From an uncultured Aliivibrio sp. (lineage in GTDB: Bacteria > Pseudomonadota > Gammaproteobacteria > Enterobacterales > Vibrionaceae): a stretch of DNA of 64,000 nucleotides. Positions within the stretch are counted from its first letter, which is position 1; every line of letters starts with the position of its first letter. The notes below the pieces were generated by a model, which saw nothing but the letters and a program-made list of their open reading frames with translations, searched no databases and was not told where the DNA came from. Positions 29,414-39,522 of the stretch are shown one piece after another. The stretch lies in contig NZ_CAMLHO010000018.1 of the NCBI RefSeq assembly GCF_946479765.1, forward strand, positions 7,877 to 71,876, given 5' to 3'. The translations under genes and the position numbers were made by a program.

Positions 29414-30787
29414 CTATTTTGTTCTTTTAATTGGGTTATACACTCGCGTTAATACAAACGCTGTTGCAAACGCACTCGCAATCACCATTAAGTAACCTAA
29501 CACTGCGGTCAATGAATGGGAGTACAATAAAATACCGGGAATGAACGTAATACCCATACCTGTTGCGCTAATATTTAATACATAAGTGACCAATCCACCG
29601 ACTGCACCACCAACCATCCCGAAGATAAATACTTTGCCATATTGAAGGTTTACACCAAACAGTAGTGGCTCTGTAATACCAAACAGTGTCGACATTGATG
29701 CACCGTACGCATTGCTCTTTTTCTGTTTGTTCTTCAACAGTGTCGCTACCGCAATTGCTGCACCAAATTGACCCGCCATAGACGCAGTGCCTAATGGTTG
29801 TAGTGGGTTCAATCCTGTGTCATTTAATAAACCAATTTCAATCACACCCAACGCATGATGAAGGCCGGTAATCACAATCATTTGTTGGAAAGCACCATAT
29901 AAGATGTAGCCAATGCCTAATGGAAGATCAAGCGCTAGACGTACCAGTGAGGTACAACCATGTTCGATACTTTGCAGTAAAGGACCAAAGCCAAACAAGA
30001 TAACTACAATAGCAATGGTGATGGTCATAAATGGCGTAACAATTAAGTCCATGCTCGTTGGAACAAACTTTCTCAGGTTACGTTCAAGATAAGACGTAAA
30101 CCAACCAGCAAAAATAGCAGGTAACACGGTGCCTTGATAACCAACTAATGGGAAAGAGAGTCCAAGCAAAGTGACCATCATCGGTTCAGCGCCACCACTT
30201 GCTACTGCCCATGCGTTAGGCAACTGCGGTGCAACCATCATTAAACCAACCACAATCGCAATAACTGGGTTACCACCAAATTTTTTCGAGGCAGAAAAAG
30301 CAATCAATACTGGTAAGAACGCAAAAGCGGTGTCGGTTAACATACTGAATAATGCTAATAACTCAGGTGAAAACTCAACACCAGAGTGCAGCAACATGCC
30401 ACGCAGCCCCATTAACAGGCCAGTTGTCACCAATGCAGGGATAAGTGGAACTAAAATATCCGCTAGAGTACGAACCACTTTTTGGCTCATTGTCATATCA
30501 GAGAAGGCATCTTGTTTGAAATCACCCCCTCCAGCTTCTCCGCCCAACTTTTGTTGCAGTGAATTATAAACGTGAGTCACTTTACCTGTACCAATGATGA
30601 ATTGGTGTTGACCTGATTGATAGAAGTAACCGCTAATCTGCTCAATGCCTTTGGCTTCGTCAACGTTCACTTTATCGTTATCTTTTAAAATTAAACGTAA
30701 GCGCGTTGCACAGTGCTCCGCATTTTTTATGTTCTCAATTCCGCCAATACTATCGAGTATCTCATTGGTAATCGCATCATAATTCAT
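29414..30787 (-). CDS. scrA: PTS sucrose-specific EIIBC component
   Basis: EIIB active-site region NAEHCATRLRL followed by a polytopic EIIC. Confidence 0.85.
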   Translation of the reverse strand: MNYDAITNEILDSIGGIENIKNAEHCATRLRLILKDNDKVNVDEAKGIEQISGYFYQSGQHQFIIGTGKVTHVYNSLQQKLGGEAGGGDFKQDAFSDMTMSQKVVRTLADILVPLIPALVTTGLLMGLRGMLLHSGVEFSPELLALFSMLTDTAFAFLPVLIAFSASKKFGGNPVIAIVVGLMMVAPQLPNAWAVASGGAEPMMVTLLGLSFPLVGYQGTVLPAIFAGWFTSYLERNLRKFVPTSMDLIVTPFMTITIAIVVILFGFGPLLQSIEHGCTSLVRLALDLPLGIGYILYGAFQQMIVITGLHHALGVIEIGLLNDTGLNPLQPLGTASMAGQFGAAIAVATLLKNKQKKSNAYGASMSTLFGITEPLLFGVNLQYGKVFIFGMVGGAVGGLVTYVLNISATGMGITFIPGILLYSHSLTAVLGYLMVIASAFATAFVLTRVYNPIKRTK

Positions 30788-30797
30788 CGTATTTCAC

Positions 30798-32270
30798 CTA
30801 AATCTTATTTACATATTGTAGGGTTGCTTCTATTTCAGAAGAGTCATCAAACGTTATTTTTAAGTAGTGATTTCCTTTTGAAGGGAAAAACAGCGACGTA
30901 AACACATTACGTCCTTGGTCTGAAAATATTTCGATAATACTTTGATCACAAAATAGCGTCAGATTTTTACTTTTTTCAGTTAATAAACAAGAACGAATTG
31001 ATCCAAATTCATACTCTTTCTCATTATGATCATAATTTGTTCTATCCAGTATTAGTTGTTTCTTTTCATTATCAACCGTAAATAAAAACTCATTATTAAA
31101 GTCGTCAAAAATAACCACTGATATATTTTCAGTTAGGCTACAATCAATATCTAATAAAAATGATAATGACTCTAGTTTAATTATTTTCTCAGCCTTTATA
31201 TTTTCATTTACTAATACCGAATTCAGTTTAGTCTCATTAATCGGTTCTAATTCTTGGTATAGCTTATTCTCTTTAATCGACAGCTTTCTTGGTACGGTTA
31301 AGCAGTTAACCCAACCGTATTGCTCTGATGGTAAATCACCATCCGTTCCCGCCCATGCAATTAATGTTGGCTCATTTGGGTTGTTGCTCATGGTTTGTGG
31401 AGCGTAAAAATCAAACCCTCGATCAAGTTCATCCCAATGAGTCACAGTAAACGTAAGTGATGTCCAATCAATTTTTCCAATGCAATACACCACGTTATAA
31501 CGGTTCTGGAATCGCTCTTGTTTTGGTGAAATCCCTTGTGGAGAAAAGATAAGCACATCTTGACCATCGACCTCTAGTAAATCAGGGCATTCAAACATAT
31601 AGGCTTCATTAAAATCAGCATCAATATCAATGAATAACTCCCCTTTCAATACCCACTCAAGCAAATTATCAGAGCTATAAACAATAATAGAACCTTTTAA
31701 ATCGGCCTCTCTTTGAGCGCCAAGCAGCATGTAATAAACATCACCGTCTTTAATGATTTTGGGATCTCTTACATGGCCCGTATACCCTTTAGGGAACGAT
31801 TTTATAATTGGGTTTTGCTCTGATTTTTTCACTTGGTTATCTTTATCTAAAATAGCGACACACTGATTTGCATCGCGCTCTTCGCCATTTTTCACATTAC
31901 CCGTATAAAATAAATATGCAGAATCATTCTCAACAAAAGCTGCACCAGAATAAGCGCCATGTGATTCGTAATTTTCTATTGGCGTTATTTTACTTCCGTG
32001 TTCATTCCAAGAATATAAATCGTTCGATGTTAAATGCATCCAATGTTTCATGCCATGAAAAGTACCAAATGGATACCACTGGTAAAATAAATGATACTCA
32101 CCGTTAAAATAACAAAACCCATTTGGATCATTTAATAATCCATGTGGCGGTGTAATATGTAATTGTGGCCGATATACTGTATTGCAACGAATCGCATTAA
32201 ACTTTTCGTTATCTTTCTCCGTTGCAGTATTAATCGTTTTATATTTATCTAAATACACTGTGATACCCAA
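30798..32270 (-). CDS. scrB: Sucrose-6-phosphate hydrolase (GH32)
   Basis: GH32 motifs HITPPHGLLNDPNG, RDP and MFECPDL. The ORF-track start is a TTG with no clear SD, so the start codon is uncertain. Confidence 0.85.
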   Translation of the reverse strand: MGITVYLDKYKTINTATEKDNEKFNAIRCNTVYRPQLHITPPHGLLNDPNGFCYFNGEYHLFYQWYPFGTFHGMKHWMHLTSNDLYSWNEHGSKITPIENYESHGAYSGAAFVENDSAYLFYTGNVKNGEERDANQCVAILDKDNQVKKSEQNPIIKSFPKGYTGHVRDPKIIKDGDVYYMLLGAQREADLKGSIIVYSSDNLLEWVLKGELFIDIDADFNEAYMFECPDLLEVDGQDVLIFSPQGISPKQERFQNRYNVVYCIGKIDWTSLTFTVTHWDELDRGFDFYAPQTMSNNPNEPTLIAWAGTDGDLPSEQYGWVNCLTVPRKLSIKENKLYQELEPINETKLNSVLVNENIKAEKIIKLESLSFLLDIDCSLTENISVVIFDDFNNEFLFTVDNEKKQLILDRTNYDHNEKEYEFGSIRSCLLTEKSKNLTLFCDQSIIEIFSDQGRNVFTSLFFPSKGNHYLKITFDDSSEIEATLQYVNKI

Positions 32271-32382
32271 TCATTAACTTGTTGAATTGATAATAGAGTC
32301 TCGTCTTCATTTTAGAAACCAATAACAAGTAGCAATAGATAAGTTAGTTATCATTTACGTATATTGACTAAAAATATGTGAT

Positions 32383-32403
32383 GTAACACAAAAACTTGTT
32401 ACA
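32383..32403. promoter_or_regulatory. Candidate ScrR operator (TGTAACA-N7-TGTTACA inverted repeat)
   Basis: 7-bp perfect inverted repeat in the scrB-scrR divergent intergenic region. Confidence 0.35.
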
Positions 32404-32456
32404 CAAATAATCGTATGATGAGCGCCACCACCAAATTGCCTTTCAAGAGATAGAAA

Positions 32457-33473
32457 ATGACCATCAGAGACATTGCTAAATATTCAGGCGTTTCTATCGC
32501 TACGGTATCAAGAGTGATCAATAACAATGGCAGGGTATCTGACGCCGCACGGCACTCAGTAGAAGCTACTATTGCTAAATTCAATTACCAAAAACCAGAG
32601 CCTAAGAAAAAGAAAGCAACCAAGCTGTTTGGTGTAATTGTACGTAATATGAGTAATCCGTTTTTCGCTAAATTGATTGATGTATTAGAAGAGGAAGCTT
32701 ATAAGCACGGGCGCAGTATTCTGTTGTTCAATAGTCGTAATAATTTAAAGCTTGAGCAGACTTTTTTAGAGGAGTGTAAACATCATAATGTGGATGGGGT
32801 ATTTCTTATTCCTCGCTCGTTAAAAGATCAACATATTCGTCCTCTTCAGAACGCTTCCTTTCCTATTATTCTATTAACGGTAACTTCACCACTCTGCTTG
32901 AGCATTGGAACGCACCATAAACAGGGGGGTAATTTAGTCGCAGAGCACTTTATTAAGCAAGGTTATCGACGTATTGGGTTTATTGGCTGTACTAACCAGC
33001 AATCTGACCGTTTTATTGGCTTTCAAAATACCTTATTAAGTAAAGGCAGAGATCTTATCGAGGAACGTATTCTCACGCCTTATACAGTAGAGTCTTTGAA
33101 AGAGTTCGTACAAAACCACATACTAAGCTCAGATACACCATTGGAAGCACTCTTCTGCTCTGATGATATTTCAGCGAGCCATGTGTATAACCTGCTTAAT
33201 AACACTAATCTAACTAAACAGGTCGAGATAGTTGGTTTTGATGACACCTTTATTGCACAATCACTCGGTTTTTCTAGTGTTCATCAACCGATGCATCAAA
33301 TTGCCCTTCGTGGCTTTGAATTAATGCTTGATGCCCTTAAAGGGGAACACATAGAACAAAGTCGTATCAATAAACCATTAGAGTACTTATTAGAACCCAC
33401 ATTAGTATTGAGAGCATCTCCCATGATGACGGTACAAGATCGCCCTTATGAGATCCTCAAAGAAGTAAATTAA
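32457..33473 (+). CDS. scrR: LacI-family sucrose operon repressor
   Basis: HTH MTIRDIAKYSGVSIATVSRVINN and a sugar-binding fold. Divergent from scrBAK. Confidence 0.8.
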   Translation: MTIRDIAKYSGVSIATVSRVINNNGRVSDAARHSVEATIAKFNYQKPEPKKKKATKLFGVIVRNMSNPFFAKLIDVLEEEAYKHGRSILLFNSRNNLKLEQTFLEECKHHNVDGVFLIPRSLKDQHIRPLQNASFPIILLTVTSPLCLSIGTHHKQGGNLVAEHFIKQGYRRIGFIGCTNQQSDRFIGFQNTLLSKGRDLIEERILTPYTVESLKEFVQNHILSSDTPLEALFCSDDISASHVYNLLNNTNLTKQVEIVGFDDTFIAQSLGFSSVHQPMHQIALRGFELMLDALKGEHIEQSRINKPLEYLLEPTLVLRASPMMTVQDRPYEILKEVN

Positions 33474-33480
33474 CTTTATA

Positions 33481-33954
33481 TTACGATTTCGCCTCTAACT
33501 CTAATAATGCTTGTTTGATATCAACCCCACCAGCATAGCCCGTTAGGCTGCCATTTTTGCCAATAACACGATGGCAAGGCACGATAATTGAAATCGGATT
33601 TTTACTATTAGCACCACCAACCGCTTGTGATGCTTTAGGATTCCCTACCGCAATTGCGAGATCTTTATAGCACCAGGTTTCGCCATAAGGGATGGTAGTT
33701 AGTGCTTGCCATACTTTATTTTGAAATTCAGTGCCATTTGCAGCTAACGGAATAGAAAAGTCACGACGCTCACCATTAAAGTATTCTTTTAATTGGCTAA
33801 CAGTAAGCTTCAATATAGGATGATCATCGGCTTGTACTCCAAAATCACTAAGTGTTCTTGCGTGACTTTCATACCAAACACCAAGGAGTCCTTCATCATT
33901 GCCATTAACGGTGATCATCCCTATTGAGCTATCAAATTGCGTATATACATTCAT
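33481..33954 (-). CDS. ogt: Methylated-DNA--protein-cysteine methyltransferase
   Basis: Active-site PCHRVIG. Start moved to MNVYTQFDS... at 33954, 1 nt after the arsR-like stop. Confidence 0.85.
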   Translation of the reverse strand: MNVYTQFDSSIGMITVNGNDEGLLGVWYESHARTLSDFGVQADDHPILKLTVSQLKEYFNGERRDFSIPLAANGTEFQNKVWQALTTIPYGETWCYKDLAIAVGNPKASQAVGGANSKNPISIIVPCHRVIGKNGSLTGYAGGVDIKQALLELEAKS

Positions 33955-33955
33955 T

Positions 33956-34264
33956 TTATTGTTCCTCTTCTTCACACGCTTCATCAAAGCAGCATTCATC
34001 TTGTAAGAAACCAATCACAGAGGTTAGTTTTTCATATTCAGCCACACAAAAAAGAGTACGACCTTCACGGCGCTGTGAAATTAGCCCCGCAGACGCTAAA
34101 CCTGACACATGATGAGACAACGTAGAGCCCGGAATAGCCAGTTTATCTTGAAGCCCACCAACGGCAATACCTTGGTATCCTGCTCTCACCACACTTTTAT
34201 AAATAGCCAAACGTGTAGGATGACCTAGCTCTTTCAATGCTTTAGCGACAATCTCGATGTCCAT
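33956..34264 (-). CDS. ArsR/SmtB-family transcriptional regulator with C-terminal Cys cluster
   Basis: MDIEIVAKALKELGHPTRLAIYK... winged HTH with a C-terminal DECCFDEAC. Start at 34264 is preceded by AAAGAGGA. Confidence 0.8.
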   Translation of the reverse strand: MDIEIVAKALKELGHPTRLAIYKSVVRAGYQGIAVGGLQDKLAIPGSTLSHHVSGLASAGLISQRREGRTLFCVAEYEKLTSVIGFLQDECCFDEACEEEEQ

Positions 34265-34284
34265 AGTTTGATCCTCTTTAAATT

Positions 34285-34308
34285 TATATTTCGATAATAC
34301 TAGAAATA
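34285..34308. promoter_or_regulatory. Candidate ArsR operator 1 (TATATTTCGA-N-TAGAAATA)
   Basis: Inverted repeat TATTTC...GAAATA, one of two near-identical copies in the divergent intergenic region. Confidence 0.5.
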
Positions 34309-34333
34309 ACTTGATCATGCTAATACTCAAGAG

Positions 34334-34359
34334 TATATTTCGACTATTCCAGAAATATA
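34334..34359. promoter_or_regulatory. Candidate ArsR operator 2 (TATATTTCGA-N-CAGAAATATA)
   Basis: Second copy of the same inverted repeat, 49 bp from the first and just upstream of the permease start. Confidence 0.5.
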
Positions 34360-34371
34360 AAGATTTAAATT

Positions 34372-35292
34372 ATGTTTACAATTACACAAGACATGGTGAT
34401 AGACACCTTAAACATGTTCGCTTTCTTAGCGGCAGAATTAACCGTACTGTTCCTATTAATTAGCTACCTTGTTGGCGTCTTACAGGAATATATTCCACCT
34501 GCGAAAATCCAAAGCATTCTTAGTGGTAAAAATGGACGAGGTTATATTGTGGCTGGTTTATTAGGGGCGATTACTCCATTCTGCTCATGCTCAACCATTC
34601 CTTTCTTGAAAGGTCTATTACGAGCAAAAGCCGGTTTCGGTACGATGATGGTGTTCTTGTTTGCAAGCCCACTATTAAACCCAATCATTATCGGTTTATT
34701 CGCTGTCACGTTTGGTCTTAACGTCACTGTGTTCTACTTTACGATGGCAATGGGCGTATCAATTATTGCAGGTTACACCTTAGAAAAACTGGGCTTTGAA
34801 AAATACGTAAAAGAAACAGCGTATATCGCACCAGAACCAACATGTTGTGGATCAACCTGTGGCGGCGCGAAAAAAGCACCACAAAGTAAATGGATGAAGA
34901 TTTGGAACAGCACTTGGACTGACTTCAAAAAAGTATTGCCTTACTTAATTGGTGGTATTGCACTTGGCTCAATGATCTACGGCTTTATGCCAACGGAATT
35001 CGTTGCTCGTATTGCAAGTGAAAATAACCCATTTGCAATCCCAGTCGCGGCGGTAATTGGTATTCCACTTTACATTCGTGCTGAAGCAGTCATTCCACTA
35101 AGTGCTGCACTTGCTGCAAAAGGCATGAGTTTAGGTGCGGTAATGGCATTAATCATTGGTAGTGCAGGCGCAAGTTTAACCGAAGTGATTTTACTTAAAT
35201 CTATCTTCAAAAACCAAATGATTATCGCGTTCTTAGTTGTCATTTTAGGCATGGCGATAAGTGCTGGTTACTTATACCAATTTATATTTTAA
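34372..35292 (+). CDS. Permease of the ArsP/PF03773-like family
   Basis: Polytopic membrane protein with TPFCSCSTIPF and a Cys-rich loop EPTCCGSTCGG. Divergent from the ArsR regulator. Confidence 0.65.
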   Translation: MFTITQDMVIDTLNMFAFLAAELTVLFLLISYLVGVLQEYIPPAKIQSILSGKNGRGYIVAGLLGAITPFCSCSTIPFLKGLLRAKAGFGTMMVFLFASPLLNPIIIGLFAVTFGLNVTVFYFTMAMGVSIIAGYTLEKLGFEKYVKETAYIAPEPTCCGSTCGGAKKAPQSKWMKIWNSTWTDFKKVLPYLIGGIALGSMIYGFMPTEFVARIASENNPFAIPVAAVIGIPLYIRAEAVIPLSAALAAKGMSLGAVMALIIGSAGASLTEVILLKSIFKNQMIIAFLVVILGMAISAGYLYQFIF

Positions 35293-35298
35293 AGATTA

Positions 35299-35323
35299 AT
35301 ACCTGATACCTGATACCTGATAC
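35299..35323. repeat. Heptanucleotide tandem repeat (TACCTGA x about 3.5)
   Basis: AATACCTGATACCTGATACCTGATACT lies directly after the permease stop codon. Confidence 0.9.
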
Positions 35324-35328
35324 TAATG

Positions 35329-35362
35329 AAGCCATATCAATCAATTTGATATGGCTTTTTTT
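35329..35362 (+). terminator. Rho-independent terminator
   Basis: AAGCCATATCAA-N5-TTGATATGGCTT followed by a T run. Confidence 0.8.
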
Positions 35363-35486
35363 ATGAACATCATTTATTTATTAGTAAAACTTTGATGAAA
35401 CTAACGGTTACTCTTTCTTAATTCCAATTACATTCCTTTTTGCACTACACTTCCTACTAACTTACTTTCATTGAGAATGATGTAAC

Positions 35487-36011
35487 ATGAAAATTCTAAA
35501 TATAGACAAAAACACCTATCGTAAAAAAACCAACCTAGTCATGGTGGGTTTTGTTGGTTGTCTTGCGGTGTTAGCCCTTGCATTCGGCTCAATTCTTATT
35601 GCCTTATTTGGCTCAGAAGGCATTACAGAATCAGGCTCTACTGGCAATTTCCATCTCAATGTTCTTGGCGTTATCATCGCGGTAATAGCCACTGCTTTTA
35701 TTATGAATAAAGTCAAAAATACGCCATATTTTGATGAGATAATGTATGTTTGGAAGCTAAAACAAATTCATAATCGAATCTATCGAAAGCTGGCTAAAAT
35801 TAAAGGAAAAGCAGACAAAAACGATCATGATTCGCTGCTAATTCTCGCTTTTTATTACACCACTCAAAAACAGGTCTTTAATTTAGATAACAACACACTC
35901 ACCATTACTGAAGTTCAAAAAAGCTTAAATGCTATCAATGAACAAGCAGCAGAGATTCACTTCACTCTTGAACTTGCTGATTTTAATGTTGAGATGCTTG
36001 ATAAATACTAA
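35487..36011 (+). CDS. Hypothetical membrane protein (two TM segments, DUF3087-like)
   Basis: 174-aa ORF with two hydrophobic helices and a charged C-terminal half. Confidence 0.5.
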   Translation: MKILNIDKNTYRKKTNLVMVGFVGCLAVLALAFGSILIALFGSEGITESGSTGNFHLNVLGVIIAVIATAFIMNKVKNTPYFDEIMYVWKLKQIHNRIYRKLAKIKGKADKNDHDSLLILAFYYTTQKQVFNLDNNTLTITEVQKSLNAINEQAAEIHFTLELADFNVEMLDKY

Positions 36012-36133
36012 GATTATTTATGCATGAATTAATTTCATAACGATATTGTAAATAATCTCAATCTTGAACTATGTCAAATTGTTACAAGCTGTGTTTTAAT
36101 CGTTAATAACAACAGCACATAATAAGGAATGAC

Positions 36134-37012
36134 ATGGAAATCACTAACGTTAGCTTCATTGGTTTGGGCGTAATGGGCTACCCAATGGCTCGTCATCTAC
36201 AAAATGCAGGTTTCTCAACAACGGTTTATAACCGTACTAAAGCTAAAGCAAAGCAATGGGCAGCAGAATACCAAGGTCAATCAGCGCCAACTCCTCGTGA
36301 AGCTGCTGAAGGTTCTGATATCGTCTTTGTATGTGTCGGTAACGATGATGATGTTCGCAGTGTAATTTATGGTGAAAATGGCGTTCTTGCAGGGTTAAAG
36401 CCTAACGCGATCTTAGTGGATAACACCACCACATCAGCAACGCTAGCTATTGAATTGGCAAAAGCATGTGAAGCACAAGGCAACCAATTTATTGATGCAC
36501 CGGTCTCTGGTGGTCAAGCCGGTGCTGAAAACGGGGTATTAACCGTGATGTGTGGCGGTAACGAAGAAGCGTTCAATACAGCAAAACCAGTAATTCAAAG
36601 CTTTGCTAAAGCCATTACCCTTCTTGGTGAAAATGGCCAAGGCCAACGCTGTAAAATGGCAAACCAAATCTGTATCGCTGGTGTATTAAAAGGCCTAAGT
36701 GAAGCACTTATTCTTGCTGAGAAAGCCAACCTAGATATTGATCTAGTGATTGATACGCTAAAACATGGCGCGGCGGGTTCATGGCAGATGGAAAACCGAG
36801 CAAGCACCATGGCACAAGATAAATTCGATTTCGGTTTTGCCATTGATTGGATGAGAAAAGATCTTGGCATTTGTCTAGATGAAGCCAAAGCTCATGGGAT
36901 TAAACTGCCACTCACAGAAGAAGTCAACCAAGAATACAAAAACCTGCAAGAACAAGGTTTAGGTCGAATGGATACGTCTGTTTTAATCAAAGCGGTTAAA
37001 GCAAGAACCTAA
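36134..37012 (+). CDS. NAD(P)-dependent oxidoreductase, 3-hydroxyisobutyrate / 6-phosphogluconate dehydrogenase-like family
   Basis: Rossmann motif FIGLGVMGYPMARHL and family-typical DAPVSGG. Confidence 0.8.
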   Translation: MEITNVSFIGLGVMGYPMARHLQNAGFSTTVYNRTKAKAKQWAAEYQGQSAPTPREAAEGSDIVFVCVGNDDDVRSVIYGENGVLAGLKPNAILVDNTTTSATLAIELAKACEAQGNQFIDAPVSGGQAGAENGVLTVMCGGNEEAFNTAKPVIQSFAKAITLLGENGQGQRCKMANQICIAGVLKGLSEALILAEKANLDIDLVIDTLKHGAAGSWQMENRASTMAQDKFDFGFAIDWMRKDLGICLDEAKAHGIKLPLTEEVNQEYKNLQEQGLGRMDTSVLIKAVKART

Positions 37013-37067
37013 GCTAAATCACATTAAATTAATTAAGTAATATTAAGCTTAGTAAATTTAATGCAAT

Positions 37068-37098
37068 AAAAAAAGAGATCAGTTGATCTCCTTTTTTT
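37068..37098. terminator. Bidirectional Rho-independent terminator
   Basis: A-tract, GAGATC-AGTT-GATCTC, then T-tract, between convergent genes. Confidence 0.75.
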
Positions 37099-37150
37099 AT
37101 GTTTTAATTTCTAATCACTTAAAAATCCAACTCACTGTATATGTGTCAAA

Positions 37151-38776
37151 TTACACTTTAAAACGCGATAAAGAAGTTTGCAGTGTCGTTGCTAATTGCG
37201 CTAATTCCACGCTTGATTGTGCGGTTTGCTCTGCACCTAATGCCACTTCACTTGCTGACAAACTCATGCTTTGAATGTTACGGCCAAGCTCTTCTGTTAC
37301 TGAGTCTTGTTGGCTACATGCACTTGCGATTTGAATACTTGTATCCGTTACTTTCATCATGGTTTCTTCAATCATTTGAATTGAATTACCCGTTTGAACA
37401 CTTTGCTCAACACACAGACGGATCTTAGAACAACTTTGATCGGTTGCTGCTTTTGCGTGTGTTGCACTTGCTTGAAGTTTCTCGATAATCTCAACAATTT
37501 CCGTAGTTGATGATTGGGTACGTCCCGCAAGAGATCGAACTTCATCAGCAACCACCGCAAAACCACGACCTTGTTCACCAGCACGTGCCGCTTCAATTGC
37601 TGCGTTCAATGCTAATAAGTTAGTTTGATCTGCAATGCCACGAATAACTTCAACCACAACACTGATGTTGTTTGATTCACGCTCTAATTCTTCAACCAAC
37701 TCACCTGCTTGCTCAATATCACGAGACACAGTTTGAATTTGATCAATATTAGATTGAACATCACGATTGCCTTGTTTTGCTTCTTCTGAGGCTTCTAAAG
37801 CCGACGTAGATGCGGTTTCAGTGTTGTTAGCAACTTCTGCTACCGTTGCTTTCATTTCTTCCATTGCAGCGGCTACCGTTGTAATGTCAGATTGTTGTTG
37901 TTGCATACCACGAGCAGATTGCTCTGAAATTGCACTCATCTCTTCTACCGCAGCAGAAAGCTGAGTTACCGCAGAAATAGTATCTTCAATTAACATACGT
38001 AGCTGATCTTGCATTTCAATATTGGTATCAGCTAACTCACCTAACTCATCATTACCAATTTCATCACGTTGAAGACGGAAGGTTAAATCACCCGCAGCAA
38101 TCGCTTTAGACTGCTCAACCACTAAATTTAAAGGACGACAAATTTGACGCGCTAAGAAGAAGGTAATAAACACCATAAAAGCGATTAATGCGGAGAATGA
38201 TACTTTTGTTGCCATTGTAACATTATCAACACTATTCATAATCTCAGCACGGTTACCCGACATGAAACCGACATTAACGTTAACCAATGCATCCATTGTT
38301 ACACCAAGTTCATTAAATTGACTTAATCCATCTAAAAGTTGAATTTCAGCCTGTTCAAAGTTGCCAGAACTCACGTTAGTTTTAAAGCCTTTTAATTGTG
38401 TTAGATAATTTTCCCAACCCGTTAACACGCTATCAAAAACACGACGTTCTTCACCACTAGATACCGTTGCCTCGTATTGAGATAACTCTGATTTAATCTT
38501 ATTTTCTTGCAAAGATAATTTATCAAGTAACTCAGGGAGTTGGTCTTTTGAGTATGTTAATGCAGCGTACTGATCTCGACGATATGAGTTCATCTTAAAA
38601 TACATATTTTCGACAGATAATACACTAGGAACAGTAGAATCAATGAAGTTGACTACTTCTGTTTCTACTTTATTCAATTCTTGCAATAAGAAAATAGCAA
38701 ACGCTATCATGACTAACCCTATTGCTGAAAATACAGTGGCAATTTTATTACGTACTGCTAAATTTTTGTAACTCAT
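37151..38776 (-). CDS. Methyl-accepting chemotaxis protein
   Basis: TM, periplasmic domain, TM, HAMP and the highly conserved signalling hairpin [40 protein letters not shown] at 38776 is preferred over TTG at 38794. Confidence 0.9.
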   Translation of the reverse strand: MSYKNLAVRNKIATVFSAIGLVMIAFAIFLLQELNKVETEVVNFIDSTVPSVLSVENMYFKMNSYRRDQYAALTYSKDQLPELLDKLSLQENKIKSELSQYEATVSSGEERRVFDSVLTGWENYLTQLKGFKTNVSSGNFEQAEIQLLDGLSQFNELGVTMDALVNVNVGFMSGNRAEIMNSVDNVTMATKVSFSALIAFMVFITFFLARQICRPLNLVVEQSKAIAAGDLTFRLQRDEIGNDELGELADTNIEMQDQLRMLIEDTISAVTQLSAAVEEMSAISEQSARGMQQQQSDITTVAAAMEEMKATVAEVANNTETASTSALEASEEAKQGNRDVQSNIDQIQTVSRDIEQAGELVEELERESNNISVVVEVIRGIADQTNLLALNAAIEAARAGEQGRGFAVVADEVRSLAGRTQSSTTEIVEIIEKLQASATHAKAATDQSCSKIRLCVEQSVQTGNSIQMIEETMMKVTDTSIQIASACSQQDSVTEELGRNIQSMSLSASEVALGAEQTAQSSVELAQLATTLQTSLSRFKV

Positions 38777-39060
38777 GTCTTTAACAACCTTCAAATAATT
38801 CTTAATGACTCATTCCATGAGTGTTTCTACATAAAAATAATTCTTATGCCCTACCTTTTATAACGGCAGATCTGCGTAAAAATAAAGTAAAAACATACAA
38901 TTGTCACTTACTTTTACAAACACGAAAAAGTTAATCAAAATGAGGAGTTGTAACTAAAACCAAGAAAATAACCCGTTGCGGATCCAACATGTAAAAAAGG
39001 TAAGTAAATTACTGCAATTAAACGCAACAGTTACCCACCTAAAATAGATTAAATGTTAAT

Positions 39061-39513
39061 TTACTTATCCATTGGCTCAATAGTCAAAATAATACCGTCA
39101 ACAGCCACGACACGGACGAGTGTACCCTTTGGAATATCTTGCAAACTTTTTGCAGACCAAGTGGTATCTCCTAAAACTATTCGGCAAGAACCTGCAATAA
39201 TATCCTCTCCCAAGTGTGAGGTTTGTCCAATTAATTGCTTATCTTTTTGATTCAATGCACGTTTAGCATCCGATATTTCATCTTTTTTATGCTGGTATCT
39301 CCACCACAACCACGTTGCAAAAAGAGAAAAAACAGCAAAACTTACCCACTGTAATTGCCAACTAAGTGGAATAACGGCATACAATACACCAACAGCAACA
39401 GCGGATAGTCCTATCCACAAAAAATACCCCGCTGTTCCTAATAATTCACCAGCAAGCAATAGCAGGCCAAAAGTTAACCAATGCCAATGATTCATTTGTT
39501 CAAAAAACTCCAT
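39061..39513 (-). CDS. NfeD-family membrane protein
   Basis: Three or four N-terminal TM helices and a C-terminal OB-like soluble domain. Directly downstream of the SPFH gene. Confidence 0.75.
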   Translation of the reverse strand: MEFFEQMNHWHWLTFGLLLLAGELLGTAGYFLWIGLSAVAVGVLYAVIPLSWQLQWVSFAVFSLFATWLWWRYQHKKDEISDAKRALNQKDKQLIGQTSHLGEDIIAGSCRIVLGDTTWSAKSLQDIPKGTLVRVVAVDGIILTIEPMDK

Positions 39514-39522
39514 TATGAGCTC

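Noticed and set aside
38860-38890. Sigma-28 (FliA) promoter upstream of the MCP gene
   Set aside because: GCCGTTAT resembles the GCCGATAA -10 element, but the corresponding -35 (TAAAG) is not present at the right spacing. The evidence is too weak to report as a feature.
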